DNA of 64,000 nt from Desulfocapsaceae bacterium (lineage in GTDB: Bacteria > Desulfobacterota > Desulfobulbia > Desulfobulbales > Desulfocapsaceae): NCBI GenBank assembly GCA_030653035.1, contig JAUSAB010000023.1, forward strand, positions 4,282 to 68,281, read 5' to 3'. The translations under genes and the position numbers were made by a program. Positions 43,997-52,967 of this stretch are shown here, piece after piece; position 1 is the first letter of the stretch, and every line of letters starts with the position of its first letter. The notes under the pieces were generated by a model. It searched no databases and had not been told where the DNA came from. It saw only the letters and a program-made list of their open reading frames with translations.

Positions 43997-45880
43997 ATGA
44001 CCAGTCAAACTACAACCCATGAATTTCAGGCCGAGACCAAAAAACTTCTCGATATCGTTATTCATTCCCTTTATACCGAACGCGATATCTTTGTCCGGGA
44101 ATTGATCTCCAACGCCTCGGATGCCTTGGAAAAATTCCGGCACGAAAGCCTTACCGCAGGCGAGGGCTTTGATTCCCATATGCCTCTTGAGATCACCATT
44201 GATCTTGACGAGGAGACCCATACCATGACCATTACCGATACCGGCATCGGCATGACCAGGTACGAGCTTGAGGCCAATCTCGGCACCATTGCCCACTCCG
44301 GTTCCAGCAGCTTTATGAACGGCCTGGCCGAGGCGGCCAAGAAGGATGTGAGCCTGATCGGGCAGTTCGGGGTCGGCTTTTATGCCGCCTTCATGGCCGC
44401 CACCAAAGTTCGGGTGCAAAGCCGTTCCTGGGACGGCTCGGAAGGGAATGAGTGGGTCTCCGAAGGGACGGGCACCTATGATATCAGCGAGGCGCCCGGC
44501 TTGCATCGGGGCACCCGGATCATCATGGAGCTGAAGGATGACGCCCATGACTATGCCACGAAATGGAAGGTGGAGAATATCATCAAACAATATTCCTCCT
44601 TTGTCCCTTTCCCGATCAAGCTGGCCGGAGAGATCGTGAATACGGTTTCCGCCTTGTGGACCCGCAGCAAGAGTGAGATCACCGAGCAGGAATATACCGA
44701 TTTTTATAAGTTTGTCGGCACGGCCCATGATGAGCCCCTCTATCGTCTCCATTTTTCCGCCGATGCGCCGCTGGCCATCAATGCCCTGCTCTTTGTGCCC
44801 AAGGAGAATTTTGAGATCATGGGTTTTGGCCGCGTCGATTCCGGGGTCAATCTCTACTGTCAGCGGATTCTCATTGATCAGCATTCGGAAAATGTCCTGC
44901 CTGAGTGGCTGCGATTCCTGAAGGGCGTGGTTGACAGTGAGGACATCCCTCTCAATATCTCGCGGCAGTCTTTGCAGGATAACGCCCTGCTTGCCAAGCT
45001 GCGCAAGGTGATCACCAAGCGTTTCCTGAAATTCCTCGATGAGCAGGCCCAGGAAGATCCGGAGGCCTACCTGACCTTCTGGAAGACCTTTGGCATCTAT
45101 CTGAAAGAGGGGATCACCTCTGACTATGAGTTCCAGAAAGAGCTGGGCAAGCTGGTACGTTTCGAGTCTTCGCGCTCGGATGAAGGAAAACCGATATCCC
45201 TGGCCGTCTATGTGGAGCGGATGAAAGAGGGACAGGAGGCCATTTATTACATCAACGGCCCCAGCCGCGCGGCTATTGAGGCCGGGCCGTATGTGGAGAT
45301 GTTCACCAAAAAAGATATTGAAATCCTCTACACCCTGGAGCCCATTGATGACTTTGTGCTCAGTCATCTGGCCGAGTTTGACGGCAAAAAACTGGTGTCT
45401 GCCGACCGGGCGGATCTGGATCTTGGTAAGGAAGAGACGGCGGCGGAGAAGGAGGAGGCGGCCAAGCAGGAAGGAGAACGGCTGGAGCAGGGGGCCAAGG
45501 CGGTGCTGATCAGCTGGCTGAAAGAGACCCTGGGAGACAAGGTTGCCGATGTGGTGGAGTCCAAGCGTCTGGCCCACGCCCCGGCCATGATTGTCAATCC
45601 TGATGGCTATATGACCTCTTCCATGGAGCGGGTGATGGCGGCCAGCCGCCGGGAAAAAGGGTTGACACCTACAAGCAGCAAAAAAAATCTGGAGATCAAT
45701 GTCGCCAGTCCACTGATCAAGCAGTTGGCCGAGCTGCAGAAAAGCGACGAGCCCTTTGCCGCAGAGGTGGCGGCCCAGATCTATGATAATGCCATGATCC
45801 AGGCCGGGTTGGTGGTTGATCCGCTGGCCATGGTGGAGCGGAATTACAAGATTCTGAACCGGGCCGCAGGCTGTTCATGA
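43997..45880 (+). CDS. htpG: Molecular chaperone HtpG (Hsp90)
   Basis: FQAETKKLLDIVIHSLYTERDIFVRELISNASDA, DTGIGMT and IGQFGVGFYAAFM. Start at ATG 43997 with AGAGGTG upstream. Confidence 0.95.
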   Translation: MTSQTTTHEFQAETKKLLDIVIHSLYTERDIFVRELISNASDALEKFRHESLTAGEGFDSHMPLEITIDLDEETHTMTITDTGIGMTRYELEANLGTIAHSGSSSFMNGLAEAAKKDVSLIGQFGVGFYAAFMAATKVRVQSRSWDGSEGNEWVSEGTGTYDISEAPGLHRGTRIIMELKDDAHDYATKWKVENIIKQYSSFVPFPIKLAGEIVNTVSALWTRSKSEITEQEYTDFYKFVGTAHDEPLYRLHFSADAPLAINALLFVPKENFEIMGFGRVDSGVNLYCQRILIDQHSENVLPEWLRFLKGVVDSEDIPLNISRQSLQDNALLAKLRKVITKRFLKFLDEQAQEDPEAYLTFWKTFGIYLKEGITSDYEFQKELGKLVRFESSRSDEGKPISLAVYVERMKEGQEAIYYINGPSRAAIEAGPYVEMFTKKDIEILYTLEPIDDFVLSHLAEFDGKKLVSADRADLDLGKEETAAEKEEAAKQEGERLEQGAKAVLISWLKETLGDKVADVVESKRLAHAPAMIVNPDGYMTSSMERVMAASRREKGLTPTSSKKNLEINVASPLIKQLAELQKSDEPFAAEVAAQIYDNAMIQAGLVVDPLAMVERNYKILNRAAGCS

Positions 45881-45912
45881 CATAAATATTGAAAAAAAAA
45901 GGGCTACAGGCT

Positions 45913-45962
45913 ATATCCTGAATATTATTTTTGTGTAATATTCAGGATATTTCTGTTTTTTT
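45913..45962 (+). terminator. Rho-independent terminator after htpG
   Basis: Perfect 15-bp stem ATATCCTGAATATTA / TAATATTCAGGATAT with an 8-nt loop, followed by TTCTGTTTTTTT. Confidence 0.8.
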
Positions 45963-46005
45963 GAAATGGTGTTCAAGATTTTCCTTTTTTAACGGAGAGA
46001 ATGAG

Positions 46006-46467
46006 ATGTCCATTTGCGCGGTATTTGTCTTTACACGTCGTCTCGCTGGGTTATTCACCACGGTCTTGCTCTGTCTTGTTCTGTCTGGCTGTTACAACCA
46101 TCCTGTGCGTCATCTGGGTTCAGATGTCGGTCTGATCAAGGCCGGCGTGACCACCCGTCAGGAGGCGCTTTCTTTGCTGGGAGATCCAGATTCTACGCGC
46201 ACGATCTCGGCCACTACTGAAGAGTGGACGTATCATGAGGAAGATAAATCATTGTTGCAAAAGGCGCCCGTGGTGGGCGGGGCTTTTTCTTCCAAAGGGT
46301 ACAAAGCGGTTGTCCTGATTCTGAATGGTAATATTGTTGCTGCGGCCCGTTATGGTGACTATGACAAGCATGAGTTTGACTGGAAGGATGATTATACCTG
46401 GCAGAAGATTGACCAGAAGGCCGGAGCTGAGGCTGAAACTAAAACTGAGACGAAGACTGGCAAGTGA
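46006..46467 (+). CDS. Lipoprotein, BamE/SmpA-OmlA-like
   Basis: Lipobox VLSGC after a signal peptide. GLIKAGVTTRQEALSLLGDPDS...WTY resembles the SmpA_OmlA fold signature. SD GGAGAG lies upstream of ATG 46006. Confidence 0.5.
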   Translation: MSICAVFVFTRRLAGLFTTVLLCLVLSGCYNHPVRHLGSDVGLIKAGVTTRQEALSLLGDPDSTRTISATTEEWTYHEEDKSLLQKAPVVGGAFSSKGYKAVVLILNGNIVAAARYGDYDKHEFDWKDDYTWQKIDQKAGAEAETKTETKTGK

Positions 46468-47111
46468 CGGATCGTTTTGAAACCATTCGTCAGCGGATGG
46501 TACAGGAGCAGCTGGTCAGTCGTGGTATTTATGACCGCCAAGTATTGGCGGTCATGGGTGAGGTGCCGCGTCATCTCTTTGTCGATGATGCCATGCAGGC
46601 CAATGCCTATGGCGATCATCCCTTGCCTATTGTTGACGGACAGACCATCTCCCAGCCTTTTATTGTGGCCTATATGACTCAGGCCCTGCAATTGACGGGT
46701 GCGGAAAAAGTTTTGGAAATAGGGACAGGATCGGGGTATCAGGCGGTTATCTTGTCGCGACTCTGCGCCAAGCTTTATACCGTAGAACGACTCAATAATC
46801 TGCTGGCCAGTTCCCGACGGGTCTTTGATCGTCTGCGCTGTTATAATATCCAGTCCAAGCTTGATGATGGAACTCTTGGTTGGCCGGAGCATGCCCCGTA
46901 TGATGCCATTATGGTGACAGCTGGCGGCCCGGAGATTCCGGAGCCACTTGTGGCCCAACTGGCGGATCCCGGCAGGATGGTGATTCCGGTTGGTGATCAG
47001 GATGTACAGGAATTGCAGTTAGTCACCAAAAAAGATGGTCTTGTCCATGTGGTACTTCTTGAGCGTGTTCGCTTTGTTAATCTGATCGGGGAGTATGGCT
47101 GGAACAAGTAG
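46464..47111 (+). CDS. pcm: Protein-L-isoaspartate O-methyltransferase
   Basis: VPRHLFV, QTISQPFIVAYM, VLEIGTGSGYQAVIL, and the C-terminus LVIPVG. The GTG start overlaps the upstream stop (GTGA). Confidence 0.9.
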   Translation: MTDRFETIRQRMVQEQLVSRGIYDRQVLAVMGEVPRHLFVDDAMQANAYGDHPLPIVDGQTISQPFIVAYMTQALQLTGAEKVLEIGTGSGYQAVILSRLCAKLYTVERLNNLLASSRRVFDRLRCYNIQSKLDDGTLGWPEHAPYDAIMVTAGGPEIPEPLVAQLADPGRMVIPVGDQDVQELQLVTKKDGLVHVVLLERVRFVNLIGEYGWNK

Positions 47112-47174
47112 GGACAGCTCCAGCCATAATTGCCTCCGACCTTTGTTGATTGCAGCTGATGCTGCTTTCCCCCT

Positions 47175-49385
47175 CTACAAAATATTGCAGGTTGCCAGAT
47201 TGCCGCTGCCGCCAGCGGCAATCTTCTGATAGAGATCCCACAGGTGTTCATCCACCCGTTTCTGACGGGCGTTGGCGTCTGGTTTCATGAACCGGCGGCT
47301 GGCACGCGGTCCCGCATTATATGCCGCATAGGTGGCACGGGCGGCGTGCGCAGGGTTGCCATTCTCTTTGGCTACTTGTGTGCCGTATTCTTTGAAGTAG
47401 CGCATCAGGATCTGACTGCCCGCCTGGATATTATAAGCCGCATCCACCTGTAATCGTTCAATATTGTAAAATCCCCGCCACACATGTTGATTGATCTGCA
47501 TGATGCCGATTCCGCCTGAGGGAGATCGCAGCGTAACGATTTTGTCGTCTTTGCGTTCATATTGCTGCCAGCAGCTTTCAATCATGGCGGTGGCCGGAAC
47601 CAGATGCTGGTAGATTGTTGCGTAGCGAGGCTCAAGGCGTTCTTGCTTTACCTGTTCACGGGCAAAGGATTTCAGCAGTTGAGAAATGATCTTTTCATAT
47701 TCAGCGAGTTCTTCCGTCGTTGGTACCCAGTGATCCAGTCGTTTTTTCAGCTCGGTAGTGGTTAGGTGCGGCGGCCCTTCGGCATGGGCGACCCCCACTA
47801 AAAAATTCAAAAGGTACTGGCCCGTTGTCGAACCCTGTGCCGGAGCTGGTGGGTTTGGTATCGAGTCTTGTGTTGGTGGAACCGGTATGTCTTGCTCTAT
47901 TATCGGCTCTGGGGCCGTTTGTGGTGTTGCATCTGGTGTTGCATTCGGCACCGGAGCAGGTGAAGGTACTGGTACTGATTCCGGCGGGAAATTTGCTGGT
48001 GGGTTTGGTGTCAAGTCTTGTGTTGGTGGAACCGGTATGTCTTGTTCTATGATTGACTTTGGGGCTGTTTGTGGTGTTGCATCTGGTGTTGCATTCGGCA
48101 CCGGAGCAGGTGTCGGCACTGGTGCTGATTCCTGTGGGAAATCTGCTGGTGACTCATCTGTCGAGTCTGGTGGAAAGTCTTCGAACTTTGCTTCCGGCTC
48201 CGGTTGAAACTGGAACAGTGCGCGCAAGGCTGGATCGATCTTCCAGTCAAAGTGCAGAGGGTCTTCTCCGGAACCTGGCTGCAGCATCCTTGCCAATCGC
48301 CGCAGACCATCACTGGTAAGATGGATGCCAAGGCCAGGGGCGGCGGCATCCAGTGTCAGCAGAGCGTCTCCGGCATTGACAAAGGTCATGTAGCGCAGCA
48401 GTTGTTTTTGCATCAGGCCATTTTTGCCGCTGTTCTGTTCGACGATGGGGCGTAATTGCTCCCAGACATCGATAAATAACAGCCGCAATGGATCTTCATT
48501 CTCCATGGGCGCCTGACCGGTCAGGATCATCAGTAGTTGATATCGGCTGCTGATGAGCAGGTCAAAGAGCTGTTTTTGCTGCTGGGCATCAACCGGTGCA
48601 TTTGCTGTGTCGGCGCTGAGGTTCTTGATGATAAAGACCAGAAAGGCATCGAGCGGTTCAAAAATATGCTGGAGTTTTTCCATCTCTTCAAAACCGAGGG
48701 GTGCCTGCGGTGGTAGAGGCGTCACGGCTTGGGGCTGGGCGTCAGCCACAGTCATGAGCAAGGGGACAATAACACTGTCAGCCTTGGCGCGCAGGGTTCC
48801 GACGGTGAGCGAACTCAGGGCGGCCTCAAGTGGCGCTGTATTTGTCGGGGAGGAGCAGGCACGGAGCACGGCGGTAATATCTTTTTGGGGCATGGTCAGA
48901 TCAAAGGCATATTGCTCCAGACGTGGATGGAGGAAACGTTTGCAGAGTTCCCAGGCAAATCCCGTAACCACTGGCTTGCCGCCTTTTTCATTGTAGATGG
49001 CGGAGTCAATAATGCGATAACGCAGCTGCCATTGGGGATCCACATAAAAGTTTAATCGCATGAGAATGGTGCCGCCCCATTTGACTACCGATGGCAGGAC
49101 ACCGAGTGAGTCGAACCCCATTCCGGCGGTGGCGTTGCAGCTGAAATAGGGCTGGCCGTCGCGGATCGATAACTGGGGCTTGGAGATGTGAAGATAGTTG
49201 TAGGAACCCTCCTGAAAGAGTACAGTGGGGCGGTCCGGCTGCGGGGTGAGGGACTCCACCAAGGCATTTTGTAAGATCTGGGTCCGCAGAAAAAGTGGCA
49301 GTTCAATGGTCTTGGCGCTCAGAGGGGTCGCTGCTGTTATCAGCAGAAGACAGAAGAGAAGGAATGATCGAAAAAGTTGTCGCAT
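47175..49385 (-). CDS. Secreted lytic transglycosylase (C-terminal SLT domain) with a large N-terminal domain and a Pro-rich duplicated linker
   Basis: Signal peptide, then C-terminal MIESCWQQ (catalytic Glu context), GGIGIMQIN and AYNAGP motifs. Confidence 0.8.
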   Translation of the reverse strand: MRQLFRSFLLFCLLLITAATPLSAKTIELPLFLRTQILQNALVESLTPQPDRPTVLFQEGSYNYLHISKPQLSIRDGQPYFSCNATAGMGFDSLGVLPSVVKWGGTILMRLNFYVDPQWQLRYRIIDSAIYNEKGGKPVVTGFAWELCKRFLHPRLEQYAFDLTMPQKDITAVLRACSSPTNTAPLEAALSSLTVGTLRAKADSVIVPLLMTVADAQPQAVTPLPPQAPLGFEEMEKLQHIFEPLDAFLVFIIKNLSADTANAPVDAQQQKQLFDLLISSRYQLLMILTGQAPMENEDPLRLLFIDVWEQLRPIVEQNSGKNGLMQKQLLRYMTFVNAGDALLTLDAAAPGLGIHLTSDGLRRLARMLQPGSGEDPLHFDWKIDPALRALFQFQPEPEAKFEDFPPDSTDESPADFPQESAPVPTPAPVPNATPDATPQTAPKSIIEQDIPVPPTQDLTPNPPANFPPESVPVPSPAPVPNATPDATPQTAPEPIIEQDIPVPPTQDSIPNPPAPAQGSTTGQYLLNFLVGVAHAEGPPHLTTTELKKRLDHWVPTTEELAEYEKIISQLLKSFAREQVKQERLEPRYATIYQHLVPATAMIESCWQQYERKDDKIVTLRSPSGGIGIMQINQHVWRGFYNIERLQVDAAYNIQAGSQILMRYFKEYGTQVAKENGNPAHAARATYAAYNAGPRASRRFMKPDANARQKRVDEHLWDLYQKIAAGGSGNLATCNIL
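47851..48150. repeat. Exact-length 150-bp tandem duplication inside the transglycosylase gene
   Basis: 47851-48000 and 48001-48150 align base for base with few mismatches. They encode two 50-aa Pro/Thr-rich copies (...PVPNATPDATPQTAP..IIEQDIPVPPTQD...). Confidence 0.9.
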
Positions 49386-49485
49386 AAGTCCGATGAGAGA
49401 GTTGAGCGTTCAGCTTGAAAGTAAAAAACAGGGCACACTTCATCCTTACCACTTACCACTGAAAACTTAAAACTTTTTTCATATC

Positions 49486-50316
49486 ATGCACGAGATAAAA
49501 CCTGGTCAATCGGTCGAACTGCTGAAGGAATTGCACATTTTGACCCGAGACGGGAAGATGAATCAGGATAGCAGGCGTAAACTGAAACAGGTCTATCATC
49601 TTACCCAGTTCATTGAGCCGCTCCTGCAGGAAGTTCAGAAAGATCATCAAGATATTCAGCTTGTTGACCATGGGGCCGGTAAGTCGTATCTGGGCTTTAT
49701 CCTCTACGATCTTTTTTTCAAAAAGCTGGACAATGGATCGCATATCTATGGGATTGAGACGCGGGATGAGTTGGTGCAAAGGTCTCAGGAGCTGGCCCGC
49801 CGGCTTGAATTTCCCGGGATGTTTTTTTTGACTCTGTCGGTAGCCGAGGCAACGAGTTCCGACTTGCTGCCGGCCAGGGTTGACATCGTGACCGCCTTGC
49901 ATGCCTGCGATACGGCAACCGATGACGCCATCCACTTTGCCCTGCAGAAAGAGGTGCAAAGTATTGTGCTGGTGCCCTGCTGCCAGGCGGAAGTGGCGTC
50001 GGTGCTGAAAAAAAATAAAGGAAAAAGATTGGGCGGCGATAACCTTACCGAGATCTGGCGACATCCCCTGCATACCCGGGAGTTCGGCAGTCATGTCACC
50101 AATGTTCTGCGCTGTCTGCAACTTGAGGCCCATGGCTATCAGGTCAATGTCACCGAGCTTGTGGGCTGGGAGCACTCAATGAAAAATGAGCTGATTATTG
50201 CAAAGTTTAAAGACCTGCCGCGCCGGCGTCCGGCCCAGCGTCTGCAGGAACTGTTGAGTCTCCTGGGGCTCGAAGAGATGGGCTCGCGTTTTTATGTTGG
50301 GGCTGTTCAGGAATAG
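49486..50316 (+). CDS. Class I SAM-dependent methyltransferase (Methyltransf_32-like)
   Basis: VDHGAGKSYLGFILY (motif I), ALHACDTATDDAI, and LVPCC. The overlapping antisense ORF is low-complexity. Confidence 0.6.
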   Translation: MHEIKPGQSVELLKELHILTRDGKMNQDSRRKLKQVYHLTQFIEPLLQEVQKDHQDIQLVDHGAGKSYLGFILYDLFFKKLDNGSHIYGIETRDELVQRSQELARRLEFPGMFFLTLSVAEATSSDLLPARVDIVTALHACDTATDDAIHFALQKEVQSIVLVPCCQAEVASVLKKNKGKRLGGDNLTEIWRHPLHTREFGSHVTNVLRCLQLEAHGYQVNVTELVGWEHSMKNELIIAKFKDLPRRRPAQRLQELLSLLGLEEMGSRFYVGAVQE

Positions 50317-50363
50317 TCTCATCTTTGAGCGTGCTTCTTCACCGCCTTGAGTCCTGGTGGAGA

Positions 50364-50852
50364 TTACCTGGGTGGTCGTTGGTACAGACCGATGATCTCC
50401 GCATAGGCTAAGACGTGTCCCTCCATGGTCTGAAGAAGGGCGGACTTTTGGGGGATTTGCAAATTGGGCAGGATTACATCCATGGCGTAGAGTTTATGGA
50501 AATAACGATGGCAGCCTATGGGCGGGCAGGGGCCGCCGTAGCTTGTTTTTTTGCCGTCATTGCGACCTTCCAGGGTGCCGGGAGGCAGCGCCTGAGGGGC
50601 GATACCTTCAGGCAGGCCGGAGATTTCGGGTGGGATGTTGTACAGGAGCCAGTGGACCCAGACTCGTTTGGGTGCCGCCGGATCAGGGGCGTCAGGGTCG
50701 TCGATGATCAGGGCCAGGCTCTTGGTGCCAGGCGGAATTCCCGTCCATTGCAGGGGGGGAGAGATGTTTAGGCCGTCACAGGTATAGATGGCCGGGATCT
50801 GGTGATCGTCCGCAAATGCTGGTGAACTGATGGCGAGAGACATGGTTGGCAC
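50364..50852 (-). CDS. YbhB/YbcL-family PEBP (Raf kinase inhibitor-like) protein
   Basis: SLALIIDDPDAPDP...WVHWLLYNIP...YGGPCPP.G.HRYFHKLYAL are signature motifs. Confidence 0.85.
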   Translation of the reverse strand: MPTMSLAISSPAFADDHQIPAIYTCDGLNISPPLQWTGIPPGTKSLALIIDDPDAPDPAAPKRVWVHWLLYNIPPEISGLPEGIAPQALPPGTLEGRNDGKKTSYGGPCPPIGCHRYFHKLYAMDVILPNLQIPQKSALLQTMEGHVLAYAEIIGLYQRPPR

Positions 50853-51295
50853 TCCTGTTGTAAAGGATGGATTGAACGCAGTGTGTTGGTTTGTCCCCTT
50901 ATCTCACCACCTGAGAAGGTTTGCTGTCAAATGAAAAATTATTGCACTTACACTTGAATTCGCTGATTTTAAGAAAAGAAAATTTTTACCGGATATCAGA
51001 TAGCCGAGACTGCCAATATAAAATGTGCGAAAAATATTTAACACTATCAATTATTCGTAGGGTTCATCCCCCCGTTATTTTGCAATAAAAACCCTTCTTC
51101 CCGGTTTTTTTCCGGAATGACGGGAAATCACAATTTCTGGCTTTTTGCGAGATTATCAATTTTGCTGTGACCAGATTAAGCTTGCGTCTCTGCTCGCCCT
51201 CATGCTAAATTCTCTCTTTTTTCACTCAGTGGAAAAAATCTTGAGCAATAATTGCTTAGAGTCATCGATACTTTTACCTGAAAAGAGATTTTATT

Positions 51296-52909
51296 ATGAT
51301 AAACGCCTCCAATGTTGCCCTTTCCTATGGCAAGAGGACTATTTTCCGAGATGTTAATATTAAATTTACTGCAGGGAACTGCTATGGTCTGATCGGTGCC
51401 AATGGGGCCGGAAAGTCCACCTTCCTCAAGATCCTGGCGGGGGATTTTCCGCCGGATAAAGGAGAGGTCTCTGTTGGTTCACGGGAACGGATCGCCATGC
51501 TCAGGCAGGACCATTTTGCCTTTGATGAGGAAACTGTGCTTAATACGGTGATCATGGGTCATGCCCGGTTGTACCAGCTGATGGCCGAGCGTGAGGCCCT
51601 GTATGCCAAGGCCGATTTCACTGAGGCAGACGGTATTCGCAGTGGCGAGCTGGAGGCGGAATTTGGTGAGATGAATGGCTATGAGGCCGATTCCGAGGCC
51701 TCGGTGCTCCTCAGCGGTCTGGGAATAACTGAAGAGTTCCTGCACAAGAAGATGAAAGAGCTGGAGGGCGGTGAAAAGGTGCGGGTGCTCCTGGCCCAGG
51801 CCCTTTTTGGCAATCCTGATATCCTGCTCCTTGATGAACCGACCAACCATCTGGATCTCCAGTCGATCACCTGGCTTGAGGACTTTCTGGCCCGTTTCCA
51901 GAATACGGTAATCATTGTTTCCCATGATCGTCATTTCCTCAATCAGGTCTGTACTCATGTGGCCGACATTGATTTTGGCAAGATCCAGGTCTACGTGGGC
52001 AACTATGACTTCTGGTATCAGGCCAGCCAGCTCAGCTTGAAACAGCGACAGAGCGACAATAAAAAGGTGACAGACAAGGCCAAGGAGCTCAAGGAGTTTA
52101 TCCTTCGCTTTTCTGCCAACGCCTCCAAATCCAAACAGGCAACGTCCCGGAAAAAGCTGCTGGATAAGTTGCAGATTGAGGACATGCCCGTTTCTTCCCG
52201 AAAGTATCCCTTCGTCTCGTTTAAGGCGGGGCGGCCTTGTGGCGATATTATCCTCGAGGTTACTGGGCTCTCCATGACTATTGACGGTGTGTCTCTGTTT
52301 CAAGACCTGAATTTTACCCTGCGCCCGGGGGATAAGGTCGCCTTTGTCGGCACCAATAGTGTGGCCAAGACCACCTTGTTCCAGATCCTGGCCGGCGAGA
52401 TTGAACCGGACAGCGGCACTTTCCGTTGGGGCGTGACCATGAGTGTTTCCTATTTTCCTATGGACAACAGCGCCTATTTTACCCAGGATCTGACCCTGGT
52501 TGACTGGCTGGGGCAATATACCCCAATCACTGAGGGTGAGACCTTTGCCCGGGGATTCCTGGGCAAGATGCTGTTTTCAGGCGATGAGGCTCTGAAAAAG
52601 ACCAGTGTTCTGTCAGGGGGGGAGCGGGTTCGCTGTATGTTGTCCAAGATGATGCTCTCGGATGCCAATGCCCTAATCCTTGATGAACCTACCAATCATC
52701 TTGATCTGGAATCAATCACTGCCTTGAATGATGCGCTTCTGGCCTTCCCTGAGGTGTTGCTTTTTTCTTCACATGATCATCAGTTGGTGGCAACGATTGC
52801 CAACAGAATCATGGAGATCCTACCTGGTGGCGTTATTGATAAGATGATGCCGTTTGATGATTATCTGCAGGATGAGGATGTGACCCGGATGCGGGAACGG
52901 TTGGCTTGA
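51296..52909 (+). CDS. ABC-F family ATPase (YbiT/EttA-like, two ABC domains, no TM domain)
   Basis: Two Walker A sites (GANGAGKST, GTNSVAKTT), two signature motifs (LEGGEKVR, LSGGERVR) and two Walker B sites (LLLDEPTNHLD, LILDEPTNHLD). Confidence 0.9.
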   Translation: MINASNVALSYGKRTIFRDVNIKFTAGNCYGLIGANGAGKSTFLKILAGDFPPDKGEVSVGSRERIAMLRQDHFAFDEETVLNTVIMGHARLYQLMAEREALYAKADFTEADGIRSGELEAEFGEMNGYEADSEASVLLSGLGITEEFLHKKMKELEGGEKVRVLLAQALFGNPDILLLDEPTNHLDLQSITWLEDFLARFQNTVIIVSHDRHFLNQVCTHVADIDFGKIQVYVGNYDFWYQASQLSLKQRQSDNKKVTDKAKELKEFILRFSANASKSKQATSRKKLLDKLQIEDMPVSSRKYPFVSFKAGRPCGDIILEVTGLSMTIDGVSLFQDLNFTLRPGDKVAFVGTNSVAKTTLFQILAGEIEPDSGTFRWGVTMSVSYFPMDNSAYFTQDLTLVDWLGQYTPITEGETFARGFLGKMLFSGDEALKKTSVLSGGERVRCMLSKMMLSDANALILDEPTNHLDLESITALNDALLAFPEVLLFSSHDHQLVATIANRIMEILPGGVIDKMMPFDDYLQDEDVTRMRERLA

Positions 52910-52967
52910 AACGGTTTTTCTGGGGAGCCGGTAGGGGGGTGCTTGTGTTGAAGAGACATCCCGTCTG

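Noticed and set aside
43958-45577. A 539-aa minus-strand ORF antisense to htpG.
   Set aside because: htpG on the plus strand has unmistakable Hsp90 motifs. The antisense frame is Gly/Leu/Arg/Pro-rich with no motifs, typical of stop-poor antisense frames in GC-biased genes. The same reasoning applies to 25045-26202 (antisense to RACo), 36478-37503 and 37500-38237 (antisense to srkA/rnhA), 40991-41869 (antisense to the radical SAM fusion), 51479-52516 (antisense to ABC-F) and 49453-50175 (antisense to the methyltransferase).
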